Assembly (NCBI GenBank): GCA_036339735.1
Contig: JAYZAL010000087.1
Coordinates: 11,820-75,819, forward strand
Direction: 5' to 3'
From: Candidatus Poribacteria bacterium
Lineage (GTDB): Bacteria; Poribacteria; WGA-4E; UBA9662
Length of the DNA: 64,000 nt
Below the pieces are notes generated by a model. The model ran no database searches. It had not been told where the DNA came from and saw only the letters and a list, made by a program, of their open reading frames with translations. The position numbers were made by a program, and so were the translations under genes. The stretch's first letter is position 1, and every line of letters begins with the position of its first letter. Of this stretch, positions 9,620-19,533 are shown piece after piece.

Positions 9620-10645
9620 ATGAAAGAAATATTAGGCCAAACGAACGTATTATCACTGCGTTGTGGCTCTGGGAGTACTAAAGGAATTGGTCAAGAAATT
9701 GGCAAATTTGCGGTAGTTACAATGGAGATTCCGTGGAACCTCACCAAGACAGTGATTGGAGGAACTCCTGAGCAAGTATTATTTGTGGACTCTGTAGATC
9801 AGTTGGTTTTGGACCAAAAACTACTAAGTCTACCAGAATGCGATACTATAATCGGGATTGGAGGTGGTCTAGCCGTGGATGCGGCCAAATATTTTTGCTG
9901 GAAGCGGAATCTGAGATTAGTGACCATCCCTACAGTACTTAGTGTGAATGCATTTGTAACTCCAGCAACTGGAATTAGAATTAACCGTGAAGTTAAGTAT
10001 GTTGGTATAACAAGCCCTGATCCTCTAATTATAGATTACGATATTCTTCGTACTGCACCACAGAGTTTGAATATTGCTGGAATTGGAGATTTACTTTCGA
10101 TTCATACTGCTAGCTTTGATTGGGAATATGCTGAAAGTAAGGGGAAATCCGAATATGTATTTTCTGAATTGGCAATCAAAGAAGCTAAATCAATACTAAT
10201 GGATATTTGTTCAATGGCTTCTGAAATAAGAGATGTTACAAACAAAAGCTTATTGGCAATCGTTGAAGGCTACATGAAATTGAACGCAATTTGTATACCT
10301 TTAGATCACTTTCGTGTAGAGGAGGGATCGGAACATTTTCTATTTTATGAATTGGAAGAACGATTAAGAAGGTCCTTCATTCACGGTCATATAATTGGCC
10401 TTGGCATATACCTAATGAGCCGGTTACAAGATAATCAGGCCGAGCATATTACCGAAATTCTAAATAGGACTAAGTTGGATTATCATCCTAGGGATCTAGG
10501 GATTAAGCGACAAGATTTGGTTGATTCCTTAAAAAACCTGAAATCCTTTGTCCGAAATAAACCACAACTTTGGTTCACAATTATAGATGGTTCAGAAATA
10601 TCGGATGAGTGGATAGATCATGTCTTATCAGACCTACGTTTCTAA
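9620..10645 (+). CDS. Glycerol-1-phosphate dehydrogenase-like (EgsA/AraM) metal-dependent polyol dehydrogenase
   Basis: GIGGGLAVDAAKY, IPTVLS, AGIGDLLS, GSEH, HGHIIGLG; ATG 9620 preferred to TTG 9569. Confidence 0.7.
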   Translation: MKEILGQTNVLSLRCGSGSTKGIGQEIGKFAVVTMEIPWNLTKTVIGGTPEQVLFVDSVDQLVLDQKLLSLPECDTIIGIGGGLAVDAAKYFCWKRNLRLVTIPTVLSVNAFVTPATGIRINREVKYVGITSPDPLIIDYDILRTAPQSLNIAGIGDLLSIHTASFDWEYAESKGKSEYVFSELAIKEAKSILMDICSMASEIRDVTNKSLLAIVEGYMKLNAICIPLDHFRVEEGSEHFLFYELEERLRRSFIHGHIIGLGIYLMSRLQDNQAEHITEILNRTKLDYHPRDLGIKRQDLVDSLKNLKSFVRNKPQLWFTIIDGSEISDEWIDHVLSDLRF

Positions 10646-11050
10646 TCATGGCTCAACTCATTGCTATTGTCTCTTAGATACAAGATACTGAAGTTGTGAC
10701 AATCACGAGGCAAGGAATCCAGTCAAATTTGAACTGATTCTAAGATAACCTTCTCTTAGAAACAAAGCTTTCTGGTTCCCTGATAAATGCATCATCTTTA
10801 CTTAATATAAATCCGCTATATTTGTAATTCAGTTTGATTTTTATAGAGATTGATTTAATGGAGAAACTCCGTTCGAGAGCAAAATATCAGATACGGCCGT
10901 TTTTCTCAACTCAGATACAAGATTACAAATGAAATCTATATGTTCCGTTCAATTTTGATTATCTAAAGATGAATTTGCATAACACATCCGTTTTGTATGT
11001 TCATAGAAAAACGCATTTAGCACAATACCTTTCACGAGGGGGTTAATGAA

Positions 11051-12379
11051 ATGAAGATTGCATTTAGGTTCTCGATTATTTATCTTTGCCTATTTATCTC
11101 ATTTATTTCTTATAGTCATGATCTACCTTGGCTAACAGCTCCCTACCTACAGAACGTGAAACCAAATGGAATCACTATCATGTGGGAAATTAGAGAAAAA
11201 AAAGACATTTACATTAATTACAGTACCGATCAGGCTTTAAAGAAATCAAAGCAGGCTAGATCAACTAATTCCAAGCACGATTCACACATATACAAGGTTG
11301 AGCTCATAAATTTGAAGCCGGGGACGACATACTATTACAGGTTGAGCCATGAGGATATGCATTCATATATAAGAACATTTCGAACAGCGCCTCTATCGCC
11401 TCAACCCTTTAGCTTTGGTGTTTGGTCTGATAGTCAAGGTCATAATCGAGGTGTATATAATATAGACATTCACGAACCAACAAAAAGTATGATGAAGCAC
11501 ATGGCTGATAGCGGTGTGGATATTGCGTTGACTGCAGGAGACCTTGCGGAAAATGGAGGGAACTATCAGGATGTCCGAAATTACTTTCTCGATCGTATAG
11601 CAAAATACCTTGGACAATCTGTTCCATTCTTCCCTGCCTGGGGAAATCATGAACCTAATCGGCAAGACATAATCAGAAAGTTTGCCGATACACCGGCAAA
11701 AAACCGTACTGGTATGGACCCGGGATGGGGCAGTTATTCCTTCGATTATGCTGGAGTTCATTTTATCTGTATAGATTTCAGTACAATGAAAGAGGATATA
11801 AAAACGTGGCTGGAGGATGATTTAAAATCCTCTTTATCAAACAATCCACGTTACACTTTTTTATTCATCCATATACCACCATACTGTGAGCTCTGGATCG
11901 ATGGAGATAAGTGGCTACGCTCACGTTTAGTGCCTTTATTAGAACAGTATGGAGTTGATGCTGTGTTCAGTGGACATACACATGAGTACGAACGTGGTTA
12001 CAAGGAGCACGTCCACTACATCATAACTGGTGGTGGTAGTTGGTTAGATTGGGAAGAGCCGATTGTAAAAGACTGGGAACACATGTTTGTTGGTGGAGCA
12101 AAAAACTTGGCGGAATTTCGCCACGGTCTCATTAACGAATATGTACGAGTAGATGTTGAAATGGATGAGTGGATCGGTTCTATGCATGCATTTCAACCAA
12201 ATGGAGACTACATAGGTGTACGTGATCGCTTTGGATCTATGCTGAAAGATGCTAATGGTGATGGATTATTAACGGGACCAGAACGTATTATGCCATCAAA
12301 CTACTTGACGGGTATGCCTTCAGATGCTAGGAAAATTGGTGTTAACGATCCAACGAAAAAAAAGAAAAATGCAGAATAA
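11051..12379 (+). CDS. Secreted purple acid phosphatase-like metallophosphoesterase with N-terminal FN3-like domain
   Basis: Signal peptide, PYLQ, LKPGTTYYYR, WSDSQ, AGDL, GNHE, SGHTHEYER. Confidence 0.85.
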   Translation: MKIAFRFSIIYLCLFISFISYSHDLPWLTAPYLQNVKPNGITIMWEIREKKDIYINYSTDQALKKSKQARSTNSKHDSHIYKVELINLKPGTTYYYRLSHEDMHSYIRTFRTAPLSPQPFSFGVWSDSQGHNRGVYNIDIHEPTKSMMKHMADSGVDIALTAGDLAENGGNYQDVRNYFLDRIAKYLGQSVPFFPAWGNHEPNRQDIIRKFADTPAKNRTGMDPGWGSYSFDYAGVHFICIDFSTMKEDIKTWLEDDLKSSLSNNPRYTFLFIHIPPYCELWIDGDKWLRSRLVPLLEQYGVDAVFSGHTHEYERGYKEHVHYIITGGGSWLDWEEPIVKDWEHMFVGGAKNLAEFRHGLINEYVRVDVEMDEWIGSMHAFQPNGDYIGVRDRFGSMLKDANGDGLLTGPERIMPSNYLTGMPSDARKIGVNDPTKKKKNAE

Positions 12380-12875
12380 TAGAAGTATAGTTGCCCAAGA
12401 ATTTTACGTCATATTCTTTTACTATGCATTCCAGAAAGTATCCAGATTTTGTTTGAAGAAAGTAGAGAGCCTTTAGGAGTAAGATGAGTACGTATATAGA
12501 AAAAACTTCTGTCAAACAGAGAAAGCTTCTCCATTTAAGTGAATAAGGTCTGAATTGATAGTACACGACTCAACTAATTTTGTACTTGACATACTACTCA
12601 CGAACTTAACATCGAACTCAAAACTCATCTTGTTGATGGACAGTCCTACTTCGTTTAATTTAAGTTGGGTTACGATGTAGACTATGATGTTCAATTGAGT
12701 GGTAGAGGTTTTGTTACTTATTTCAAGATCATCTAATCTTAACCTTTCAAATTCTGGGAAGTGGAGTCTTTGAGATGATAGATACTCAGCATTCTTCTCT
12801 GATACAAGATAAAGTAAGTGAAAAATTGCATGTAGATGAAGATAAAATCATGCATATGGAACTGAGTTGTCACCA

Positions 12876-12901
12876 ATTAGCTTTGATAAATCAAAGCTAA
12901 T
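12876..12901. promoter_or_regulatory. Perfect 12-bp inverted repeat, candidate operator upstream of moeB
   Basis: ATTAGCTTTGAT-AA-ATCAAAGCTAAT. Confidence 0.45.
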
Positions 12902-12998
12902 CTTTCAAAGATTGTTTACGTATAGAAGCTCAAAACAGATCATTAATCAATCGAAATAGGACCGTAGAAAAGCGCTAACTGGATACTATGAGCCAGGC

Positions 12999-13027
12999 TT
13001 GAAGGGTGAACGGAGGTATGATATAAT
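12999..13027 (+). promoter_or_regulatory. Sigma70-type promoter of the moeB-alr unit
   Basis: TTGAAG-N17-TATAAT with extended TG at 13019-13020; supports ATG 13059 as the start. Confidence 0.6.
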
Positions 13028-13058
13028 TCTCTCGCTTGAACTCGGTGTAAAAACAGCT

Positions 13059-14237
13059 ATGAAATCTTCCAGAGACCTAATCGCTTCTGCAAAACAAGAG
13101 ATACCCGAAGCTTCCGTTTCAGAAGTGAAACAGAAAATTGACGGTGGTGATGATTTTGTTTTGCTTGACATTCGTGACAATGATGAATATCGAGCAGGCT
13201 ATATTCCTTCAGCTGTCTACATAAGCCGTGGCATGTTAGAGCTAGAAATAGAGGATTACGTTCCTGATCGAAACCAAGAAATTGTCTTGTATTGTGCCGG
13301 TGGAGTTCGTTCATTATTAGCGGCTCAAACGCTCAAATCATTGGGGTATACACGGTTAATCTCTATGTCTGGTGGCTTCAGAGACTGGCTTAGTAGTGGT
13401 AATGCAGTTGACAAGCCTGTTGCTATGACGACGGAGCAAATGGAACGTTATAGTAGACACTTCATGCTTCGTGAGATTGGTGAAGCTGGACAGGCCAAAT
13501 TATTGGACTCGCGTGTGTTACTGATTGGGGCTGGTGGATTAGGTTCGCCAGCGGGGGTATATCTGGCCGCAGCTGGTGTGGGAACTTTGGGTATTGTTGA
13601 TTCTGATACGGTAGACCTTAGTAATCTGCAACGCCAGATCCTGCACTATACCGCTGATGTCAGTAAACTGAAAGTTGATTCGGCTATTGAAACCATTCAG
13701 GCGATGAATCCGGATGTGAACGTAATTCGACATGCGTTTCGTTTGGATGAGTCTAATGTGATGGATATTTTCAATGATTATGAAGTAATAGTTGATGGAA
13801 CAGATAACTTTGCGACCCGATATTTAGTTAATGATGCAGCGGTTTTGGCCAAAAAACCAGTGGTTCACGGTAGTATTTTCCAATTCGAAGGGCAGCTAAC
13901 AGTTTTTGACACTAACCAAGGACCTTGTTACCGTTGCTTATTTCCTTCACCTCCACCACCAGGCTTAGTACCTGGCTGAAACGAAGCTGGTGTACTGGGC
14001 GTGCTCCCAGGAACGATTGGTGTTCTGATGGCAACAGAAGCAATGAAGCTACTACTAGACGGTGGAAATCCCTTAGTTGGCCGCCTCATGACTTACGACT
14101 CAATGTCGATGAAGTTTCAAGAATTCAAGGTAAGTCGTGACCAAGATTGTGTAATTTGCGGTACTACTCCACAGCTAACGCAACTTCTACCGGACTATGA
14201 GACTTACGCGGACACTGGCCAACTATCCATTCCTTGA
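13059..14237 (+). CDS. moeB: Rhodanese-MoeB/ThiF adenylyltransferase fusion, probable selenoprotein (TGA 13977-13979 read as Sec307)
   Basis: Rhodanese YCAGGVRS; ERYSRH, GAGGLGSP, DLSNLQRQ, GPCYRC; PPPPGLVPG*NEAGVLGVLPG continues in frame into track ORF 14001..14237, which carries the second CxxC (CVIC). Confidence 0.88.
13995..14010 (+). promoter_or_regulatory. Candidate bacterial SECIS hairpin of moeB
   Basis: CTGGG-CGTGCT-CCCAG at +16..+31 after the TGA, GU in the loop. Confidence 0.6.
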
Positions 14238-14264
14238 TCAAAAAACTGGGACTTAGAACCTAAG

Positions 14265-15377
14265 ATGACATGGGCCGAAGTCGATCTGACATTGGTTCGA
14301 CAGAATGCCTTAGCTATTAAGTCATATGTCGATGATCGAAAGCTGATAGCTGTCATCAAGTCAGATGCTTACGGTCACGGATTAGTTCCGGTAGCTCGAG
14401 CATTAAGGCCGGTTGCAGACATCTTAGCAGTCGCGACTGTTAACGAAGCAGTCGAGTTACGTAATAACCAGATTGAAGCCCCGATTATGATTTTGTACAG
14501 TAGCTTGCCACAGGATGTGTCAGCTATTATCGAACATGATCTGCAGCCGACTGTATCTGACCCTGAATTTTGCAAAAATTTATTTCAATTGGCCGTTGAA
14601 AAGCGTCAGATCGTTCGTACCCATGTTAATATTGACACCGGTATGAACCGAGATGGTGTCTGGCATCAGAAAGCAACTTCTTTTATTGATTGGTTATCGT
14701 CTTTACCGCAGATTGAAGTAGCGAGTATCTTCACTCATTTTGCCACTACTGACGTTAACAAATCGTCCCGGATGCACAAACAGCTGGACCGCTTTAAGAT
14801 TGTGGTGTCTGAATTACGCCAACAGAATATTCTTCCTCCGACAGTACATGTGGCTAGTACCGCAGCACTATTATCGCCTTTTTCGACTGTTGAAACCGAT
14901 TTCAATGCAGTTCGAGTTGGTCTTGGGCTTTATGGAGTTTTACCCGTAATGACGAAACAGATGCCATTTCCATTGTCCCCAGCTCTAACTTGGAAGGCCT
15001 CTGTTATTTCAGTTCGGAATGTTAAGGCTGGTGAATCAGTGAGCTACGGAAGTGATTACAAAGCTAATATCGATCAAAAGCTTGCTACATTAAGGGTTGG
15101 TTATGGAGATGGCTACCCAAGACAATTATCAAACAATGGACAGATTATGATCAAAAATAAACTTTATCCGATTGTTGGTCAGGTTTGTATGGACGTCACT
15201 ATCTGTTCTTTGGATTCGTATAACACGGTTTCAGTAGGAGATACTGCTATTTTAATTGGTCAGGGGATGGAGACTAACTTGCCAGTTAATCAGCTTGCTA
15301 ATCATGCAGGCACTATTTCCTATGAGATTTTGTCTCAGATTAACAAGCGAGTACCACGACTATATAACACCAGTTGA
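14265..15377 (+). CDS. alr: Alanine racemase
   Basis: AVIKSDAYGHG (PLP Lys), DTGMNRDG, VSYG, GYGDGYPR, GQVCMD, GTISYEIL. Confidence 0.95.
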   Translation: MTWAEVDLTLVRQNALAIKSYVDDRKLIAVIKSDAYGHGLVPVARALRPVADILAVATVNEAVELRNNQIEAPIMILYSSLPQDVSAIIEHDLQPTVSDPEFCKNLFQLAVEKRQIVRTHVNIDTGMNRDGVWHQKATSFIDWLSSLPQIEVASIFTHFATTDVNKSSRMHKQLDRFKIVVSELRQQNILPPTVHVASTAALLSPFSTVETDFNAVRVGLGLYGVLPVMTKQMPFPLSPALTWKASVISVRNVKAGESVSYGSDYKANIDQKLATLRVGYGDGYPRQLSNNGQIMIKNKLYPIVGQVCMDVTICSLDSYNTVSVGDTAILIGQGMETNLPVNQLANHAGTISYEILSQINKRVPRLYNTS

Positions 15378-15520
15378 AACAATCAAGTCTATGAAAAACA
15401 ATCTTGATTCATCTAGTTTACTGGCTGTTAGGCGACTTTTTACTTTAGTTGGTTGGTCTATGTAGGCATGACTAGTTTTATCGCTTCGTTTCGTGTAACT
15501 AAAGCCAATATTTGTGTCTA

Positions 15521-16522
15521 ATGATGAGAAAACTAGTTGAGCTGATATTTGTCTGGGTGTGGCCCGTTTTTTGTTTTTGGACCCCATTATTTGCCACCGA
15601 GCTGGATAACCTGATTAATTGTCTGGAGTCAGTACCATCAGCAGAGACCAGTGTTTATCAGTTGCGGGACAATCAGGGCCGATCGATGGACTGCCTGAAA
15701 GTTTGGCCAATGAATCATGGTGAATATCTGGCTATTTATCACTCTTTCAAAGAAGGGGTCTTTAGTGTTCGGTTGGCCAAGTCTAAAAACCTACTCGATT
15801 GGCAATTTCTGGTCTTCCTGGATGAGCACGCATCGCAACCCAACATTTGGCAATCAGCAAATGGATCCTTCATTGCCGCTTATGAAAAAGATGCTCCTAA
15901 TTCTTGCTGGATCAGACTGCGATTTTATCCAGATTTTGCGCATCTGATCCAGGCTGAGTTTTCAGCGGAATATGATATTGAACGTACTTTGGCCCCGACA
16001 GCAGAGGGAACACCTAGTTTTGAATCAGTTACGTTGATTGATAACCAAATTGACCAATCGGAAATTCACCTGAGATTTCACTATTATAAACGAGCTGAAG
16101 TTGATCGACTTGCAGAAGGCCGACTAACTAATTTTCGCCAATGGGAATCGAAACCACTCGATCAAATTAATCGCCAGATTAGAAAACAGGGGTCGAGTGG
16201 AAATTTCGGCGATCGAGATAAATTTAATTGGAAAGGGAAACTTTACTATCTACAGGAAGTACAAAAAACAGCAGGTGATTGGACTTCTTGGCAAATTTTT
16301 TTGTGTGATTCAGGTGGAATGCCCAGTAGAAAATTATCTATACAAAGTCATCATGGGTCGGTTTCTTATTCTAACCCAAATATAAGTTGGGTTAGCAACG
16401 TAGAAGGTGAAAACAAATTAGTTGTTACACTTTTTTTGCCTTCTGAAGGGAATTCACCGAAGGAATCCGGTCAACTGTTATATGTGCTAGACCCATCCAA
16501 GTGCTCTAAAGCAACCCCTTAA
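15521..16522 (+). CDS. Hypothetical secreted protein, possibly a beta-propeller hydrolase
   Basis: Long ORF with signal-like N-terminus and an Asp-box-like LAKSKNLLDW segment; family not recognised. Confidence 0.55.
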   Translation: MMRKLVELIFVWVWPVFCFWTPLFATELDNLINCLESVPSAETSVYQLRDNQGRSMDCLKVWPMNHGEYLAIYHSFKEGVFSVRLAKSKNLLDWQFLVFLDEHASQPNIWQSANGSFIAAYEKDAPNSCWIRLRFYPDFAHLIQAEFSAEYDIERTLAPTAEGTPSFESVTLIDNQIDQSEIHLRFHYYKRAEVDRLAEGRLTNFRQWESKPLDQINRQIRKQGSSGNFGDRDKFNWKGKLYYLQEVQKTAGDWTSWQIFLCDSGGMPSRKLSIQSHHGSVSYSNPNISWVSNVEGENKLVVTLFLPSEGNSPKESGQLLYVLDPSKCSKATP

Positions 16523-17297
16523 CCATCCCCCCATCAACTTGGATTGTGGCACCAGTTATATAGCTAGCTCGAACAGAAGCTAAAAAGACAACTAAGTTAG
16601 CAAACTCCTCTGGGTCGCCGATTCGGCCAAGTGGTATTTCTTCAGTCATATTTTGAATAGCTTCATCAAAACTAATATTACCTTCTTTAGCTCTGATCGT
16701 AGCCAGTTGCTGAATTCGATCAGTGAAGATAATGCCTGGGCAAACATTGTTGACCAGTATATTGTCACCTGCCAACTCTGTAGCTAGCGTTTTAGCAAAA
16801 CCGATCACGCCTGCTCGGGCTGTATTGGACAGCATTAACCCACCAATAGGTTGTTTGACTGAGACTGAGGTAAGGTTGATAATGCGCCCTCCACCTCTAC
16901 TTCGCATACTTGGGACAACTGCTCGAGTCATGTTGATCGTACTCATTAAGTTGAGATCAATGGCGGATTGGTAATCAGCTGAATCAAGATCGTCAAATCC
17001 ACCGGCTTTAGGTCCGCCAGAGTTGTTAATCAAAATATCTATTCCACCAAAACGTTCTACTGCAATTTCAACTAGATTATCGACTTCCTTTGGATTGCTA
17101 ACGTCAGCTACCACTGACATTACTTCGCCACCAGTCTCATTTTGTATAACTTGTCTGGTTTGAATTAGATCTTCTTCATGCCTGGCGCAAATAACAACAA
17201 AAGATCCTTCTCTGGATAAACCGAGTGAGATCGCTTTTCCAAGCCCCTTGCTAGAAGCGCAAACGATCGCAACTTTTTCTGACAAACCTAAATCCAT
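16506..17297 (-). CDS. SDR family oxidoreductase
   Basis: CASSKGLG, DILINNSGGP, SNTARAG, VNNVCPG, YITGATIQVDGG. Confidence 0.92.
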   Translation of the reverse strand: MDLGLSEKVAIVCASSKGLGKAISLGLSREGSFVVICARHEEDLIQTRQVIQNETGGEVMSVVADVSNPKEVDNLVEIAVERFGGIDILINNSGGPKAGGFDDLDSADYQSAIDLNLMSTINMTRAVVPSMRSRGGGRIINLTSVSVKQPIGGLMLSNTARAGVIGFAKTLATELAGDNILVNNVCPGIIFTDRIQQLATIRAKEGNISFDEAIQNMTEEIPLGRIGDPEEFANLVVFLASVRASYITGATIQVDGGMVKGLL

Positions 17298-17411
17298 CCT
17301 ATGACTCCTTCCGATTATTAATTGTTAAACTGACGAGTAAATTATTTAAGGCCTTTCCAAATCGAAACAGTAGAAAAATAAACTCTTATTTTCTGACTAT
17401 TGAATTTTAGC

Positions 17412-18377
17412 TTAAAACCATTGAGCTTTGTTGACTAAGTTTCGTAATGGCTCACCGGCAGCAAAACGACGCGCATTATCAAGTAATAATTCAAATTGAC
17501 GGCTTGGTACATCTACAGCATCCTTAACTGCGATATGTGGTGTTAGAATGACATTGGGTAAATTCCAAAGCCGGTGGTCAGCGGGGAATGGTTCTACCTC
17601 GTAAACATCCAAAGCCGCACCAGCTATGTGACTATTCTCAATAGCTTGAGTCAAATCTTCTATTTGAGTGGTTGCTCCTCGCCCAATATTAACAAAGTAG
17701 GCTGTAGGTTTCATTTTTTTAAACCTGCTCAGATTCCACATACCTTCTGTTTGGGGTGTATGCGGGACAGTGACAATCACAAAATCGGCTAACGGAATGA
17801 GTTGATCAAGAGATTCAGGTTGGTGTTTTTCAATTTTTTCTACTTGGTACTCCCAGCGGATGTCAACACCTAGAGTTCGCATGCCAAAAGCCTCACAAAG
17901 TCTCGCAGTTTCTTGGCCAATTCCACCAACCCCAACAATCAAGGCTGTGGCATTTTTTAGATCGATGTATGGAGTTTTACGAGCATTCTGGTCCCAATAC
18001 TTGTTTCTTTGAGCCTCTATATAAGAAGGTAAACCGCGCGCGAGTGCCAAAATATACATCAGGATATGTTGGCCAATATGGTCATTATATACGCCCCTAG
18101 GGTTACATATTTGGACTGGGTGAGCAATTAATTCTGGGTAGTAAGATCCTGCAGGAGGTCCAGCGGCAGGGCTCTGAATCCAGCGCAATTTTTTTGCTCT
18201 CGGAAGGAGATCAGGCGTTACCCAACCAAATACGGCATCAGCTGTAGCTAGTTCGGCTTGAGCTAACTGCATCGTGTCTGGCATGACGATATTGTAAATT
18301 GGTAACTGTTGGCGAATTTCCTTTGCCCATTCATGCAGCGTCTGAGTACAGGGGGGCATCATCAAAAGCTTAATCAT
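17412..18377 (-). CDS. D-2-hydroxyacid dehydrogenase
   Basis: GVGGIG, VNIGRG, AALDVYEVEP, LTPHIA. Confidence 0.92.
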   Translation of the reverse strand: MIKLLMMPPCTQTLHEWAKEIRQQLPIYNIVMPDTMQLAQAELATADAVFGWVTPDLLPRAKKLRWIQSPAAGPPAGSYYPELIAHPVQICNPRGVYNDHIGQHILMYILALARGLPSYIEAQRNKYWDQNARKTPYIDLKNATALIVGVGGIGQETARLCEAFGMRTLGVDIRWEYQVEKIEKHQPESLDQLIPLADFVIVTVPHTPQTEGMWNLSRFKKMKPTAYFVNIGRGATTQIEDLTQAIENSHIAGAALDVYEVEPFPADHRLWNLPNVILTPHIAVKDAVDVPSRQFELLLDNARRFAAGEPLRNLVNKAQWF

Positions 18378-19310
18378 TTTCTTAATTCCTTTGAAGACCT
18401 AAGTAATTACTAGCTACACTTTATAAATAACTGATTAACCATTTTATGTCTGTGAACAGATCAGCCAATTGAAAGAAATACCCTACTTCCATTGATCAAG
18501 AAACACAATCATCGATTTTAATTATCCCAGTGGTAAACAAACTAGGAACGGGACTAAACTCGACGATTTAAATGAGATTTTCAAACATATAGTAAGAACA
18601 GTGTGGGAGGTCAAGACTGAGTGCTTGGAACGATGAAGGTTAAACCTTATACCCACCAATAATTGAAAACCTTACCGAGGCACAAAAACTCGTTTGTTCC
18701 TTCATCCGCGGAAACAAATAATTTTCAGGCCTGACTTATTTGTTTCTGATTAATATTGAATCTAGGCAAGGGCATTTATCATTTCGCTATTCTACATTAT
18801 TTCTAAAGAAAGTTCTAGACAGCCTCTCGCAGATTATATGTTTGATTAGCCAGTGTTCACGTAAGTAGATTCGAACTTCGCCAATATCCAGTACTATGTA
18901 ATATCAAGGCCCATCATATTAGTGTGGCGGAAACAATCTACAAATATGCACATCAAGCATAATAATAACCGTAAAAATTGATTATTCAATAGCTGAGAAA
19001 TACAATCAGCAAACTAGTCTTTTTTCTTTCTGTATCTGTATTCATTTTGAATTAACTTTACCTTACTGACCCAGGCTATTGAAACATCTATTTGAATACG
19101 AGTCATTCGAAATAATTATAAGATGCTCACCCTTTAATCATGATAGTGCCAACAATTACAGCAACCATGATTATGCCCATGCGAAAAAAATGTAGCAATT
19201 TAGCTACTCCACTGACCTGTACTTTATAAATTCTAGAACTATTTTAAATTTTAGCTAATAATTTCATTGATTAACCGATATAAACTTAAGATTAAACCTA
19301 GTGAGAAGAT

Positions 19311-19327
19311 TTGGCATTACTTATGCT
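19311..19327 (+). promoter_or_regulatory. Sigma54 (-24/-12) promoter
   Basis: TTGGCATTACTTATGCT: GG at 19313-19314, N10, GC at 19325-19326, upstream of a nitrogen-acquisition operon. Confidence 0.7.
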
Positions 19328-19383
19328 AGTGTGGTATCAAAGATCGGAAGGTAGTGTTAAACGGCAGACTTAATGGTGTGGCT

Positions 19384-19465
19384 TCTCAAAGGCGAGAGTC
19401 ATATCTAGGCTACTAGATCAGAATTCTCTTAAGCCATTATTTGGTTTGAACGGGCAAAGGCGTCC
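19384..19465 (+). ncRNA. ANTAR-binding two-hairpin leader RNA
   Basis: P1 TCTC-AAAGGC-GAGA (19384-19397) and P2 GGGC-AAAGGC-GTCC (19452-19465): identical 6-nt loops with A1 and G4, closed by C-G. Confidence 0.8.
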
Positions 19466-19513
19466 ATTATTATGAGCACCAGCTGTGCTTGTAGGTGGGC
19501 GCCTTTTTTGTTT
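19456..19513 (+). terminator. Intrinsic terminator overlapping ANTAR hairpin P2 (attenuator)
   Basis: AAAGGCGTCCATT pairs with GGTGGGCGCCTTT, inner stem TATGAGCAC/GTGCTTGTA, then a TTTTTTGTTT tract. Confidence 0.8.
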
Positions 19514-19533
19514 ACAGGTTTCAAGGGTGCATT

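Noticed and set aside
12883-12894. FNR box (TTGAT...ATCAA)
   Set aside because: The spacer is 2 nt, not the required 4.
12999-14237. moeB (and likewise 58518..59612) as nonsense pseudogenes or as two genes each
   Set aside because: Both halves are intact and in frame, the stop sits on the conserved Cys, and a SECIS-like hairpin follows in both cases.
19147-19163. NtrC enhancer (TGC-N11-GCA) upstream of the sigma54 promoter
   Set aside because: Only the outer bases match; too weak to call by eye.
18378-19310. CRISPR array, IS or RNA gene in the long intergenic region (scattered ATTGAAA words)
   Set aside because: No regularly spaced repeats, transposase frame or recognisable RNA fold.
19495-19533. 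ORF-track N-terminal extension of the ANTAR gene (similarly 12999, 28968, 30620, 32257, 60319)
   Set aside because: These starts fall inside a terminator, promoter or neighbouring gene; downstream starts have better RBS or coupling.
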